Source of the DNA: a virus
Length of the DNA: 64,000 bases
IMG/VR virus record: IMGVR_UViG_3300031566_005149
Coordinates: 1-64,000 of that record
Strand: one strand, 5' to 3'
Under the pieces are notes generated by a model, which was given only the letters and a program-made list of their open reading frames with translations, did no database searches and had not been told where the DNA came from. Below, in pieces: positions 9,828 through 20,646 of this stretch; position 1 is the stretch's first letter, and each line of letters opens with the position of its first letter. Both the position numbers and the translations under genes were made by a program.

Positions 9828-9835
9828 GAGGAAAT

Positions 9836-10819
9836 ATGTTGCAATCACAATTTGAGGAGAAAGCAGCGGAAATGGGGCTCGATTGCACCCATGCTAATCA
9901 CGGGCTCTATTCTTATACTGATCGTTTTGGTCAGGTTGTTTATAGAACGTTGGTTACGCAATCCGCTCCTACACACGATCTTAGCTGTAGTTTAGAAAAC
10001 TTAGCTGAATTGGACGAGGTAGATGATATCTTTCAACATGAAACGGATGAATTCACAGCCCCACACATCGCCATATTTACAAAGCTACCAGATCAACATC
10101 ATTTCAGATACTGTCGATGTATAAGTCATGTATATAGATTTCAGGGTCATGATGTTGTAACTGAAAAAGTAAAAGAAAGTTTAATGAGTTTATCAGAAAA
10201 TGTTGAGGGTGATATATTATATGAGGAAACAATGCACCTATCATCAGATATGTGTATATTAAGAAATTATATAACAATTATGAACAGATCACATCCCCAT
10301 GAATCTGGAAACGTGCACCCAACTTTAGTAGTTGGGAATAGCTACGATGGCTCTAGAGCTGCAACAGTTTCATTTGGTTTAAGCATTCGGGGGGAAGGCC
10401 TCCGAAGAATGGTGGGATTCAACTTGGGTACAATGAGAATGGTTCATTCACAGTATTCATCAACCACACTAAGATATGGGATTGGAAATTATATCCAGGC
10501 ATTCGAAAATAATATTGTTGAATTAATTGACATCAATATGGCCATCGAACTCAATGAAGATAATATCTATGCAGTGTTGGAAGGTATAGATAAGCTCACA
10601 GAAAAGAAAAGAAATGCACTACAAGAATTTCTTGATGAGGTTAGAAATAATGGAACTTTAACAAATTGGCAATTCTTTTTAGCCATAGCTAGATATTCCT
10701 GCTTGCAATCGAATCTTAACCTTAAGAAGTTACTTGAGAATATTGCTGAGAGTGTAATCATACTTCCACAACAGATGAGTGATATGTTAGAAACTCAACA
10801 ACGCGAACCAACTCAGTAG
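9836..10819 (+). CDS. DUF932/DUF945-like phage protein
   Basis: LVVGNSYDGS...MVHS signature. Confidence 0.55.
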   Translation: MLQSQFEEKAAEMGLDCTHANHGLYSYTDRFGQVVYRTLVTQSAPTHDLSCSLENLAELDEVDDIFQHETDEFTAPHIAIFTKLPDQHHFRYCRCISHVYRFQGHDVVTEKVKESLMSLSENVEGDILYEETMHLSSDMCILRNYITIMNRSHPHESGNVHPTLVVGNSYDGSRAATVSFGLSIRGEGLRRMVGFNLGTMRMVHSQYSSTTLRYGIGNYIQAFENNIVELIDINMAIELNEDNIYAVLEGIDKLTEKKRNALQEFLDEVRNNGTLTNWQFFLAIARYSCLQSNLNLKKLLENIAESVIILPQQMSDMLETQQREPTQ

Positions 10820-10822
10820 GAT

Positions 10823-10868
10823 GAAGATAGATGGGGGGTGGTAGCCCACCCTCAATCTTCTTTTTTTT
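10823..10868 (+). terminator. Rho-independent terminator ending the RNAP operon
   Basis: GGGTGG/CCACCC hairpin followed by a T8 run. Confidence 0.75.
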
Positions 10869-10870
10869 GG

Positions 10871-10885
10871 GAACAAAATATAAAT
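10871..10885 (+). promoter_or_regulatory. Putative late promoter (GAACA-N5-TAAAT)
   Basis: GAACAAAATATAAAT upstream of 10909, one copy of a recurring motif. Confidence 0.6.
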
Positions 10886-10908
10886 AATATGAGGAGTGCG
10901 ATAATAAT

Positions 10909-12201
10909 ATGGCTGGAACAGAAAACAAATCAACCTATTGGAGTCCATCTAGGAATTATGAGCTATCCTGTAAGGTTGGAAAATTCGATTTAACCAATGA
11001 TCTTATACAGATGAACATGTTATCCTCAGTTGAATTACCATATAGAACATATGTTTTGGATTTCTTTCTTGATCCAGATGATATGATCTTAGAAAGAATT
11101 TACGGACAGGAACCAATTCAATTAAAGATAAAAGTATATGGTACATCTGAAAATATACCACATGAATTAATTGAAGCGAATCTAATGGCACTTGGGTCTA
11201 AATATGATTTATTGATGAAAGACACCAACCCACAACTTCCAGATAAAATCAGATCATCAATTCGTATTAGGTGTGTTCCACTCGAAGCCTATAAGACCAT
11301 GACAGCTTTTGTGAATGGTGTTTATCTTAACTCCACCCTCAGAGAAATCGTTACAGATTTGGTTTCACAAACTGGTGCTCAACTTTTGATGGATGGTATA
11401 AATGAAAATACTGAAAAAATCGATCAAATTATTGTTCCACCATCACCACTCTTTAAAGCTTTAAAATATTTAAATAGAACCTTTGGTTTTTTTAATGGAT
11501 TAGCATCAATAACATCATCGTCAATTAAAATTCATAGAAGATCGAATAGTGCTATATTATCCGAGATTCCAACAAATGTTTATATAAAAAATCTATCGAC
11601 AAGTCATAGATTTGCTAACACAATTATAACACAATTATCCACAAATGCTAAACAAGAAGATTTATTATATAAATTTGATGGAAAAAACTACTACACATAT
11701 AATCCAATTGCAACGGAATATACTGGGAATACGGCATTTTCTCAATACGGTACAACTATGAAACATGTTGTTAAACCCAGAGACCGACTTTTTAAAACAA
11801 TATCTATCGACACAGCGACATTTGCAGAGAGATATGGAATAACAACCGGTGAAATAAAAAGAAAAAATGAAATGTTTTTCAGTAAAAATAGTCAGGAAAA
11901 AAGAATATCATTTTTCAAAGATCATACTGGTTATGATGACTCAGAAACTTTTATTCGCGCTAATCATACAAAACATTTTGCACACATGTCCATTCTCAAA
12001 ATCGAACTTGAGAAATGGCTACTATTAAAGAATCTAATTGATGTAGGAAATGGAGTTATCTTTAGATCAAATATAATTGATATCAGAGATTTAACTGGAA
12101 ACTATGTTATGAAATATTCTCTGGTTCATTTTATTCGAGCATCAAGGGATTGGGAGTGTGGAGTCTCACTTCATCTTATAAGGACAAATAGAATTAAGTA
12201 G
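10909..12201 (+). CDS. Putative virion protein (possible baseplate hub)
   Basis: Long ORF behind the late motif in structural context. The hub call is weak. Confidence 0.45.
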   Translation: MAGTENKSTYWSPSRNYELSCKVGKFDLTNDLIQMNMLSSVELPYRTYVLDFFLDPDDMILERIYGQEPIQLKIKVYGTSENIPHELIEANLMALGSKYDLLMKDTNPQLPDKIRSSIRIRCVPLEAYKTMTAFVNGVYLNSTLREIVTDLVSQTGAQLLMDGINENTEKIDQIIVPPSPLFKALKYLNRTFGFFNGLASITSSSIKIHRRSNSAILSEIPTNVYIKNLSTSHRFANTIITQLSTNAKQEDLLYKFDGKNYYTYNPIATEYTGNTAFSQYGTTMKHVVKPRDRLFKTISIDTATFAERYGITTGEIKRKNEMFFSKNSQEKRISFFKDHTGYDDSETFIRANHTKHFAHMSILKIELEKWLLLKNLIDVGNGVIFRSNIIDIRDLTGNYVMKYSLVHFIRASRDWECGVSLHLIRTNRIK

Positions 12202-12217
12202 AACAAATTTATATAAA
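12200..12217 (+). promoter_or_regulatory. Putative late promoter variant upstream of terminase
   Basis: AGAACAAATTTATATAAA. Confidence 0.45.
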
Positions 12218-12238
12218 GTTCAGGAGATATATATATAT

Positions 12239-13996
12239 ATGGATATGCTTGTAGATAAAAAAACATTTGACATTAAGAAACGTGATACGTTGATCAATAA
12301 GAAAATAGAGGATGAACGACCAAACCATCTCAAGTATTCTGCGAAAAAACATGTAATGGAATATTTAAAATGTAAAAAAAGTTTTGAATATTTTGTTCAA
12401 CGTTATATTCTTCTTGAGCTTCCTGGTGAAGACCGTCTAATGACACCGTATAATAAACAGCTTGAATTAATTGATCTCATCGAACGAAAAAGACATGCTT
12501 TGATTTTGAAGAGTCGGCAGACAGGCTTTTCAACAATAGTTCAGGCTTACACAGCATGGTTAGTTAATTTCCATGATAATGTTGTCGTCGGTATCATTTC
12601 AAAAGATGGAGCAGAAGCAACAGACTTTGCAAGATTTATCAGAGGAATGGTTGAAAAATTGCCTAACTTTTTAAAGCCACCGAAAGGAGCGTTAGGCAGA
12701 GGCTTTTCAAAAAAGACTGAGCGTTCATTTATTTTGACGAATGGAAGCAAAGTATATGTAGCAACCGTAAATCCAAATGCACCAAATAAAACTCTTCGTG
12801 GTAAGGCCATTACATTTCTGATTGTTGATGAGGCCGCTTTTATCAATCATCTGGATGACGCTTGGACTAGTATCGTTCCCGCTCTTTCAACGAACCAAAT
12901 GTTGGCAAAGAAAAATGGCGTTCCTTATGGAACCGTTATAGTCTCAACTCCTAATAAAACAGTGGGTCCAGGACAATGGTTCTTCAAGAGATATATGAGA
13001 TCAATTTCTGGTGAGGGTATGTTCATACCATTTGTTGTCCACTGGAAAATGATTGATGAACTGGCCAATGATCCAGATTGGTATAAAACACAATGTGAGT
13101 TTTTCGATAATGATAAGAAAAAGATAGCACAGGAACTTGAATTAAAATTCTTGCCAGCTGAGGGTGCATTCTTTGAATCTGAAACTCTCGAAGCAGTTCA
13201 AGAGAGCGTTCAGAAACCACTTGAGAAACTGAAACTATTTAATGGGGAAGCTTGGTGTTTCCAAAAACCACTTCCAGGTGTTCATTATATAATGGGAGTA
13301 GATACAGCACCAGAACATGGTGAGGATAAATCGGCAATAACCATATGGGAATATGAAACCATGGATCAGGTTTGGGAGTATAGAGGAAAACTCAAAGTAA
13401 TGGAATTCATCGAAGTTGTGAAAGCTGCGGCTTCACTATATGATGGAACCATTGTTATAGAATCCAACTCTTACGGAAACCAAGTAATCGAGCACGTTAA
13501 CAATAGCAACTATTCAACAAGGATGTATAAGGAAAAAAGGGGTGTGGACACACAGGTTCCAGGTTTATCAACCACAGCGAAATCGAGACCACTTATGATA
13601 GATGCTCTATATTCATATGTGACACAATTTCCAGAAACAGTTAAATCAGAAAGGCTTGCATTGGAGTTGACATCACTGGTTAGCAAAACAAATGGAAGGA
13701 TAGAAGCTGATAGCGGTTGTCATGACGATCTTGCATTCTCAGCTGCTCTCTGCTACTACGTTAGAAAATATGATCCACCACTATTAATTGGAACTGGTTC
13801 TACGGAAATGATGCAAGATCTATTGGATGTGTTGGATATGAATACGGGTGGAAGTTCAATGTCATCTAATAGGCAGACTGGAGCAAATCTACAGGATTAC
13901 AATGCAATTATTTTAAAGCAATTAAAAGGACAGATTGGATCGGGTGAAAATTCAGAAGTATATTATAATTTACTTGATATATTGGATCGAGGATAA
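12239..13996 (+). CDS. terL: Terminase large subunit (T4 gp17-like)
   Basis: LKSRQTGFST Walker A, LIVDEAAF Walker B, STP, nuclease motifs GVDTA, IESN, HDDL. Confidence 0.93.
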   Translation: MDMLVDKKTFDIKKRDTLINKKIEDERPNHLKYSAKKHVMEYLKCKKSFEYFVQRYILLELPGEDRLMTPYNKQLELIDLIERKRHALILKSRQTGFSTIVQAYTAWLVNFHDNVVVGIISKDGAEATDFARFIRGMVEKLPNFLKPPKGALGRGFSKKTERSFILTNGSKVYVATVNPNAPNKTLRGKAITFLIVDEAAFINHLDDAWTSIVPALSTNQMLAKKNGVPYGTVIVSTPNKTVGPGQWFFKRYMRSISGEGMFIPFVVHWKMIDELANDPDWYKTQCEFFDNDKKKIAQELELKFLPAEGAFFESETLEAVQESVQKPLEKLKLFNGEAWCFQKPLPGVHYIMGVDTAPEHGEDKSAITIWEYETMDQVWEYRGKLKVMEFIEVVKAAASLYDGTIVIESNSYGNQVIEHVNNSNYSTRMYKEKRGVDTQVPGLSTTAKSRPLMIDALYSYVTQFPETVKSERLALELTSLVSKTNGRIEADSGCHDDLAFSAALCYYVRKYDPPLLIGTGSTEMMQDLLDVLDMNTGGSSMSSNRQTGANLQDYNAIILKQLKGQIGSGENSEVYYNLLDILDRG

Positions 13997-13997
13997 A

Positions 13998-14879
13998 ATG
14001 GAAGAAAATATAACTTTACAAGAATTGTGGGCGTTACCCATTAATATGGAGCCGCTTGATTATGATTTTTTTGGATATAAATTATATTCATCAGATAAAT
14101 TAAAGTTAAAGTTTTTCGAAGCGGTTCTAACCACACCATGGGGTAAATACCACGCAAAAAATATACAACGATTGGTCAAACAAAATAAGATTGTGCCTGT
14201 CATAATGAACAAAAATATCGGTGGTTTTCTCATAAAGAAATTTCTAACCAAAGACTGGACCAAGAACGTACAAGGATTATTCAATCCTACTTTAAACAAA
14301 GTGATTGTTTTTATTGATAATAACTCATCATGGCTTGGACTTTCGTCAAACAAAGAATTGGTTAAAACCACATTACATGAATGTATGCATTTATCAGCTT
14401 CGGATAATATGAAGGGTTTCTTTAAGATTATGGAACTAACATTTAAGAAATATTATGGTGGATATTTTTCAGATATATTTGAATGTCAAAATATTAAAGT
14501 GAATAAAATTCTGAAAGCTTTATATGATATGGAAGGTAAGTACTCTCAGAGTCTTCATAATGCTTATATGAAAAATTTACAGGATGCAACCCGATCAAAA
14601 TCAAATTTAGATGAAGATGAATATAACAATATTTTTTCAGATGTATTTATGATTTCAAAAGCGTTTCCAACAAATCCGAATCTTTTAATGAGATATTATT
14701 CTAGATTCTATCATATATTCGGTCCATTAAATACTGCTTATATGAAAACATTTGGGGAAAGAAATAGTTACACTTCCCCCTCACAAGAAATCTGGGCATT
14801 ATCAGAAGTTGCTTCTGTTATGGTTGAGTTATCACCAGTCGATCAAAGAGTAAGTAAGGTTTTATCAAATATAAAATAG
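13998..14879 (+). CDS. Hypothetical protein with an HExxH zincin motif
   Basis: TTLHECMH. ATG at 13998 after GAGG. Confidence 0.55.
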   Translation: MEENITLQELWALPINMEPLDYDFFGYKLYSSDKLKLKFFEAVLTTPWGKYHAKNIQRLVKQNKIVPVIMNKNIGGFLIKKFLTKDWTKNVQGLFNPTLNKVIVFIDNNSSWLGLSSNKELVKTTLHECMHLSASDNMKGFFKIMELTFKKYYGGYFSDIFECQNIKVNKILKALYDMEGKYSQSLHNAYMKNLQDATRSKSNLDEDEYNNIFSDVFMISKAFPTNPNLLMRYYSRFYHIFGPLNTAYMKTFGERNSYTSPSQEIWALSEVASVMVELSPVDQRVSKVLSNIK

Positions 14880-14890
14880 AGGAATAAAAA

Positions 14891-17800
14891 ATGCCAAATA
14901 TGATAACACCACCACTTAAGCGTAAAAATTCAGGAAAGGATAAAGGGAGTCTCACACAGAAAGCTGATAGTCAACAAGTCCGAATATCCCAAGTTAGTAA
15001 CGTAAGTAAAGCCGTTACAGCAATGGGAAAAAAGACTAGTCAGCAAATGAAAGAAACTGAGAGACGTATAGCTGCTGGTGGTGATGTCGAAGCTGTTTCC
15101 AGTTCTATGAATTCAGTTTTGGGAAGTCTCAAAAAAACCATAGATTCTCTGGAAAAGGGTGTTAGCGCCGCGACATTCGGAACGGCTAAAGCAGCTCGAG
15201 ATGCCATCAAACAATACGGCGATGCGATATCAGAAGATTTTAAAGTTAATCGTCAAAATATGGTCGCCTCATCATTGGCATCAGCAACACCAATATTTGG
15301 TTATTTTGCCTCTAAATTTATGTCGACTGGTATATTTAAGCAAACTACTGATAAGATGAAAGATAGCATTTCTAATATGTTTAAAAGAAAATCGAAAGGT
15401 GGATCAATGCCTGATGATTTTGGTGGTGATGATGGCCCTCAAGAAATGTTGACACCATCTCAAGCGGCAACTAAAGCACGAGAAGCAAGAGCCGCTAGCA
15501 AAGAAGACACCATTGATGCTTTGAAGATTACCAATAGAGATGCATATGATAAATATGGTAAAACTACAGAAGAGAAAACACTACTAGCATTATCCGCAAT
15601 CCAGGGTGCTGTAGGTGCTCAGTTTAGTAAATTTAGCGTATGGTATGGTAAATTTTTAATGGAGCATCCATATTACAGAAGTGCCAGGACCACATTCAAA
15701 GCCATATCTGCATCCATAGGTGGTGCGTGGAAAGCCATGTATTTCTTCTGGAGACCTCGTGGTGGTTATAAGAAACATCTATCAAGATCAAAAAATCCAT
15801 TTACAGCAATCAATCAAAACTTGGGTGCTATATTTGTTCAGACCATGCCTCGATTAGATGCCATAATGATTTATACAAAAGCAACTGCTATGGCAATAAG
15901 AGATTTATCTTCACACATAACCGGTAAAAGATATCCAATGATGGACCCATCTAAGTTAGGAGGTTCCTGGAGTCTTGCTGGTGGTACCATGTCAGCTTTA
16001 AGATGGCTTGGCAAAAAAGCGACTCAAGGTGCCAAAAGCTTCAGTAAATCATTATTCATAGAAGGATCTGATGCAAGTCAAATAGCCGAAGGTGCGATAG
16101 GTGGTGCTCAATCTATGCTTGGTTTCCTTGATGACTATTTTACTGCACCAGGAAAATTAAAGGATATGATCCAAGGCGCTATGCCTGGAGCGAAAGAAAA
16201 TAAAAGACTGTTTGGAGGTCTCACAGGGACTGGTGGTGAGGATGAGGGTGGGGGCCAAGGAAAACCAGCCTGTATTGGTGTTTATATTTGTGGAGCGGAA
16301 AAAAGACGAAAAGTAGAAGAGGCAAAAAAGAAGAAAGATACGAAACAAATTGCGGTGCAAACCAAAAAAGAAAAAAAGAAGAAAGATAAATATGATAAAA
16401 TAATGATTGGACATACAGCTAAGTCAGCAAAATATTTGCAAAAACATGATAAAAGAGAAAAGAGACGAAGTATATGGAAATTCTTTGGTGCAATTGGTTC
16501 TGGGGTAATGAGCTTATTAAGTGGTGTTTTGAGTTTCTTATCCAATCCTTATGTTCTTTTAGCCGGTGCTCTTGCAACAGTTGGAACTATGATAGTAAAA
16601 TGGTTCCACGCGAACATTACTCCAAAACTCCAGGGCTGGGTAGATAAGCAATTGAATAGGGCTCGTGAAATAGGCGAAGAATCGAATGTAACGGGTGCAG
16701 ATATAGGAGCGAGGAGAAAAGGGGATGTAGGAGCAACAAGCAAATTGGCAATGCAATCGGGTATGAAAAAAGGATTCAATCAGGGTGACTTACCGAAATT
16801 TATGCAGCAATATTCTGCGGCTTTTATAGGTGGAAGATATGAATATATGGCAGAGAATATACTTTTATATGGGGATTACACCGCTGACGAAATAGCCGAT
16901 CTCCGAATACAACATTTTAAGAAATTTGGTACACAATTTCAATTAAAACAGGAGGGGTGGAGACCTGATAATTGGAATGCTGAGGATGTTCGTAAAACTG
17001 GTAGAGCGATTGAAGCAATGTTTCTCTCATGGTTAACAAGTAAGAAAAGAATTGGTGATGAGGATGCAGATTCTAGAGTAGAGAGAATAAAACAACTTAG
17101 AAAAAAATATGGTAAAGATAAATCTGTTAGAGACTTAGATATTTTAGATAAAGCTGAAAAACATAAAGAGTTCACTGAAAAACAGAAAGCAGAAGAAAAA
17201 GCAAAAGGGTTTAGTATAACTGATGCTCACAAATGGGCTTCAAAAAATGGTGGGAAACCATCTGAATATTTAGGAAAGACACTTGATCAGGCCAAGGAAA
17301 TAGCCAAAAAATATGGATCGTCTTTTGTAGCCGAGGTGAAAGCCACTGCAACAATAACAGCCGAAAAAGCTCAAGAATTATCAGAGAAATATGGTGGACC
17401 CGCAGCCAAATATATGAACAAGACCCTGAAACAAGCTATTGAATATGGAAAAACAGTAAAAGATAAGGCAGTTACAACAGCTGGTGTTGTCGCAACAATA
17501 ACAGCCGAAAAAGCTCAAGAATTATCAGAGAAATATGGTGGACCCGCAGCCAAATATATGAACAGGACACTGAAACAAGCTATTGAATATGGACAATCAT
17601 TTAAAGATAGTATGCTAACCAAAGAAAAAGTAGGAGAATTAAGGGATAAGGCAGTAACAACAGCTGGTGATGCCAAAGAAGTGGCAACATCATTATGGGT
17701 ATCACTCAAAAATTGGCTTTCTGGAGGAGATGAAGATCTCAAGCTAATTGGACCGAAACGTCCTGGGGGAGATGATCTCAGGCTAATTGGACCGAAACGT

Positions 17801-18127
17801 CATGGTAGTTCTGGATATGCTAAAGAAATACTTGAAAATATATCCCCAGAAAGAAAATCGTGGATTAGAAGAAATGCAGATAGACTTTTTGCAACCGGTG
17901 TCTACACAGCAGAAGAGCTCAAGAAATTGGGTGCAACTTTAAGTGAGAAGGTTGGAGAGGCTGGTGAGAAGGTTGGAAATGCAGTTAATTCATCAGCTGC
18001 ATATACGTCCACCACCATATCCAATGCCGTTAGTAATGTAAGTAATGGTGGTGGTGGTGGTAATAATAATCCATTTATTTCAGATCAAGCAATGACAGAT
18101 GTTATGTTCGGTCATGCAATGTTTTAA
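14891..18127 (+). CDS. Large tail protein, tape-measure-like
   Basis: 1078 aa, helical Ala/Gly/Lys-rich, with a hydrophobic segment and internal repeats. Confidence 0.55.
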   Translation: MPNMITPPLKRKNSGKDKGSLTQKADSQQVRISQVSNVSKAVTAMGKKTSQQMKETERRIAAGGDVEAVSSSMNSVLGSLKKTIDSLEKGVSAATFGTAKAARDAIKQYGDAISEDFKVNRQNMVASSLASATPIFGYFASKFMSTGIFKQTTDKMKDSISNMFKRKSKGGSMPDDFGGDDGPQEMLTPSQAATKAREARAASKEDTIDALKITNRDAYDKYGKTTEEKTLLALSAIQGAVGAQFSKFSVWYGKFLMEHPYYRSARTTFKAISASIGGAWKAMYFFWRPRGGYKKHLSRSKNPFTAINQNLGAIFVQTMPRLDAIMIYTKATAMAIRDLSSHITGKRYPMMDPSKLGGSWSLAGGTMSALRWLGKKATQGAKSFSKSLFIEGSDASQIAEGAIGGAQSMLGFLDDYFTAPGKLKDMIQGAMPGAKENKRLFGGLTGTGGEDEGGGQGKPACIGVYICGAEKRRKVEEAKKKKDTKQIAVQTKKEKKKKDKYDKIMIGHTAKSAKYLQKHDKREKRRSIWKFFGAIGSGVMSLLSGVLSFLSNPYVLLAGALATVGTMIVKWFHANITPKLQGWVDKQLNRAREIGEESNVTGADIGARRKGDVGATSKLAMQSGMKKGFNQGDLPKFMQQYSAAFIGGRYEYMAENILLYGDYTADEIADLRIQHFKKFGTQFQLKQEGWRPDNWNAEDVRKTGRAIEAMFLSWLTSKKRIGDEDADSRVERIKQLRKKYGKDKSVRDLDILDKAEKHKEFTEKQKAEEKAKGFSITDAHKWASKNGGKPSEYLGKTLDQAKEIAKKYGSSFVAEVKATATITAEKAQELSEKYGGPAAKYMNKTLKQAIEYGKTVKDKAVTTAGVVATITAEKAQELSEKYGGPAAKYMNRTLKQAIEYGQSFKDSMLTKEKVGELRDKAVTTAGDAKEVATSLWVSLKNWLSGGDEDLKLIGPKRPGGDDLRLIGPKRHGSSGYAKEILENISPERKSWIRRNADRLFATGVYTAEELKKLGATLSEKVGEAGEKVGNAVNSSAAYTSTTISNAVSNVSNGGGGGNNNPFISDQAMTDVMFGHAMF
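17348..17593 (+). repeat. In-frame duplication (~100 nt unit, 144 nt period) in the tape-measure-like gene
   Basis: ATITAEKAQELSEKYGGPAAKYMN(K/R)TLKQAIEYG occurs twice. Confidence 0.9.
17735..17800 (+). repeat. Short in-frame duplication (39 nt period)
   Basis: DLKLIGPKR / DLRLIGPKR. Confidence 0.85.
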
Positions 18128-18139
18128 GGAGGAGTAAAA

Positions 18140-19525
18140 ATGGGAACAGGAGGAAAAGGAACAGATCCACGAAGAGCATATAGAAGTGCATACTTCGATG
18201 AAGAAATTAATTTTATCATAGGTTATCCACCGCAAGGGGCTACCGATAAAGATTATGGAACAAGGATAGATACCGTAATAAAAAATTCAATGCCATTAGT
18301 GCATATACAACCTGGAATACCAAACTTTACATTGGGTCTTGATTTAATGAGAAGAGAACCAGCATTTCGAAACTCTTCCTTCGAAGATCAGTATGCAAGC
18401 CCTCAATTAGATCGTTTGGATTCGAGAAGTGATTATGTTACACTTTTGAGAAAACTCGGATTTTCCTTAAAACAACCGAAGCCGAACGTTACTGGTTTTT
18501 TATCATGTGCTTATTTAGCCGATTCATTTCCAACAGATACTTTTACAAATGAATATGGAGAAAACTTCCTTCAGAAAATGACCAATGTTGGTGGTGAGGG
18601 TCTGCATGGAATAACCCAGATGCTGGGTGGTCGATCTCTAACTGACACCATAGACCAAATGGCAAAAGGAGGAGGAGTCGTTGGAACGGGAGCCAAAGCT
18701 GTTAAAGGTGGTCTTGATATGTTAGGAAGTATGGCACAAGAATATGGAGGCCCGACTCTCAACCGGATTGTTAATAATGCTAATGTTTTAGCAGCCGGTG
18801 GAAGAATCGATTTTCCAATGCTATGGAAAAATAGTACCTACACACCATCATACACAATGACAATACGATTATACAACCCAAACCCGAATAGCGAAAGAGC
18901 AACAGCCAAATATATAATTGGTCCTATAGCCGCTCTTCTATTATTAGGATTACCACAATCAGTTGGTGAGGGAGCATATTCGTGGCCATTTATTCACCAA
19001 TTCTGGTCTCCAGGAATATATAATCTTGATCCTGGGTATATAGCAAGTGTAACTGTTGTAAAGGGTGGTGATCAACAGCAAATTTCTTGGAAGCAAAGAA
19101 TGGGTGTTGTAGATGTTAGGATTGATTTTGGTAGTGTATTTAATAGTATTTTATCAGCATCTTCAGCATCTCGACAAAGACCAACACTTAAAGGTTATTT
19201 AAATGCTATGGCTGATGAAAAATTTGGTGTGGTGGGGATAACGGATTTTAGTAAAGTTAATAATGAAACGGATCAAAGCCCAGCTACTATACAAAAAACT
19301 AAAAATATTGGTGCTAATGCTGGTGGTTTAACAAATTCACAGATAAAAGATTATCAACAAAACTTATCAGCTAGACGCGGCACATTGGCGACAACACAAT
19401 CTAAAACACAGTTAGATTTAACAGAGGTGGGTGAAACTATTAAAGCAAGAGTTTCTAAGGATATTAAAGAAATTGCTGATAATCTTATCGGCTTGATTCC
19501 TACTGGAGTGAAAATTAGTTTTTAA
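18140..19525 (+). CDS. Putative baseplate or tail-tube-initiator-like virion protein
   Basis: Follows the tape-measure-like gene with a strong RBS. Assignment is by context. Confidence 0.45.
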   Translation: MGTGGKGTDPRRAYRSAYFDEEINFIIGYPPQGATDKDYGTRIDTVIKNSMPLVHIQPGIPNFTLGLDLMRREPAFRNSSFEDQYASPQLDRLDSRSDYVTLLRKLGFSLKQPKPNVTGFLSCAYLADSFPTDTFTNEYGENFLQKMTNVGGEGLHGITQMLGGRSLTDTIDQMAKGGGVVGTGAKAVKGGLDMLGSMAQEYGGPTLNRIVNNANVLAAGGRIDFPMLWKNSTYTPSYTMTIRLYNPNPNSERATAKYIIGPIAALLLLGLPQSVGEGAYSWPFIHQFWSPGIYNLDPGYIASVTVVKGGDQQQISWKQRMGVVDVRIDFGSVFNSILSASSASRQRPTLKGYLNAMADEKFGVVGITDFSKVNNETDQSPATIQKTKNIGANAGGLTNSQIKDYQQNLSARRGTLATTQSKTQLDLTEVGETIKARVSKDIKEIADNLIGLIPTGVKISF

Positions 19526-20646
19526 CAGAATAGATTTCTAAAACTTATTGTAATGTATAAAGCCACAAATAACTCAAGGGAAATTTTGTCTCTTTGAGAA
19601 GTTTTACCAGAAGTAGAATATATCGATTCAAACATAGAATTCGTGAATACTACAATCAAATTCCTAAATAAAAATGAATCTTTATAATTCCTAACCATCA
19701 TAAACTTTTTAACTATCTTAAAGAAGTTAGGTCCACATAAGCTTGAGGTATCAAGTATTTCTTTTAAAAAACTGGTTAAAATAATTTTTACATTGTCTTG
19801 CGACGACTTGTTATGAATTATAGTTATGATACCTTCGGCTAAATTATTTTTTACACGACTGATCGTCTTGGCTTCTTCTATTGCTTTTCTATCATAGTTT
19901 TTATAAACATACATACTTTTCAAAAATCTTTCTATCGCTGCTGTCTTTCCGGTGTCAGCAGTTGTTGTTTGAAACATATTTTTATCATCGTCTGATGGAG
20001 CTTCTTTCTCTGATCCTATTGATTTCCCATCAACAATATTTCTATGGTACGCGTTCATAAAAGATCTCGTACTTTGATTAACTCGATCTTTACCATCGTG
20101 CATAAAGCGAATCATCAATTCAGGATTCCACTCACTATTTTTTATTTTGGTATAAAATTTTTTATGAATATGTTTAGTCAAAAATACCAAAGCGCTAGCA
20201 ATTGTTTTATGTTTAAGAAATAGATGGACCTTTACAACATTCTCCATTGTGTATCGAAAAACATCTGGATTGCAAAAATTTGGAAGGAATTTGTGATAAC
20301 TACCTCCATAAGCTTTTATCATAAAATAAATTAATATGTCTTCTGCCATTTTTTCTTTATTGGCTTTTGCAAATCGATAATATAGATAACCTAAAATAAA
20401 TGTAAATGGAACTCTATAAGTTGAACCTTTACCTTTTGTTCCTGCTTCATTAGCATTTTGTTTTGCTGCATTGCGTACAAATTTTTCATCTACACCAAGT
20501 TCTCTGTAGAGCTTAAATTGAAATAGTTTGGTGTGAATTTCAGCACATGGCTCACTCAAAGCATTAAGATGTACACCAACCTCTTTTGCTATTAATCTAT
20601 ACACTCTCTGTGGATTAAATTTTATTTTTTTATCTAATATCTCCAT
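19522..20646 (-). CDS. Hypothetical basic helical protein
   Basis: 374-aa ORF coupled to the gp6-like gene. Confidence 0.75.
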   Translation of the reverse strand: MEILDKKIKFNPQRVYRLIAKEVGVHLNALSEPCAEIHTKLFQFKLYRELGVDEKFVRNAAKQNANEAGTKGKGSTYRVPFTFILGYLYYRFAKANKEKMAEDILIYFMIKAYGGSYHKFLPNFCNPDVFRYTMENVVKVHLFLKHKTIASALVFLTKHIHKKFYTKIKNSEWNPELMIRFMHDGKDRVNQSTRSFMNAYHRNIVDGKSIGSEKEAPSDDDKNMFQTTTADTGKTAAIERFLKSMYVYKNYDRKAIEEAKTISRVKNNLAEGIITIIHNKSSQDNVKIILTSFLKEILDTSSLCGPNFFKIVKKFMMVRNYKDSFLFRNLIVVFTNSMFESIYSTSGKTSQRDKISLELFVALYITISFRNLFC

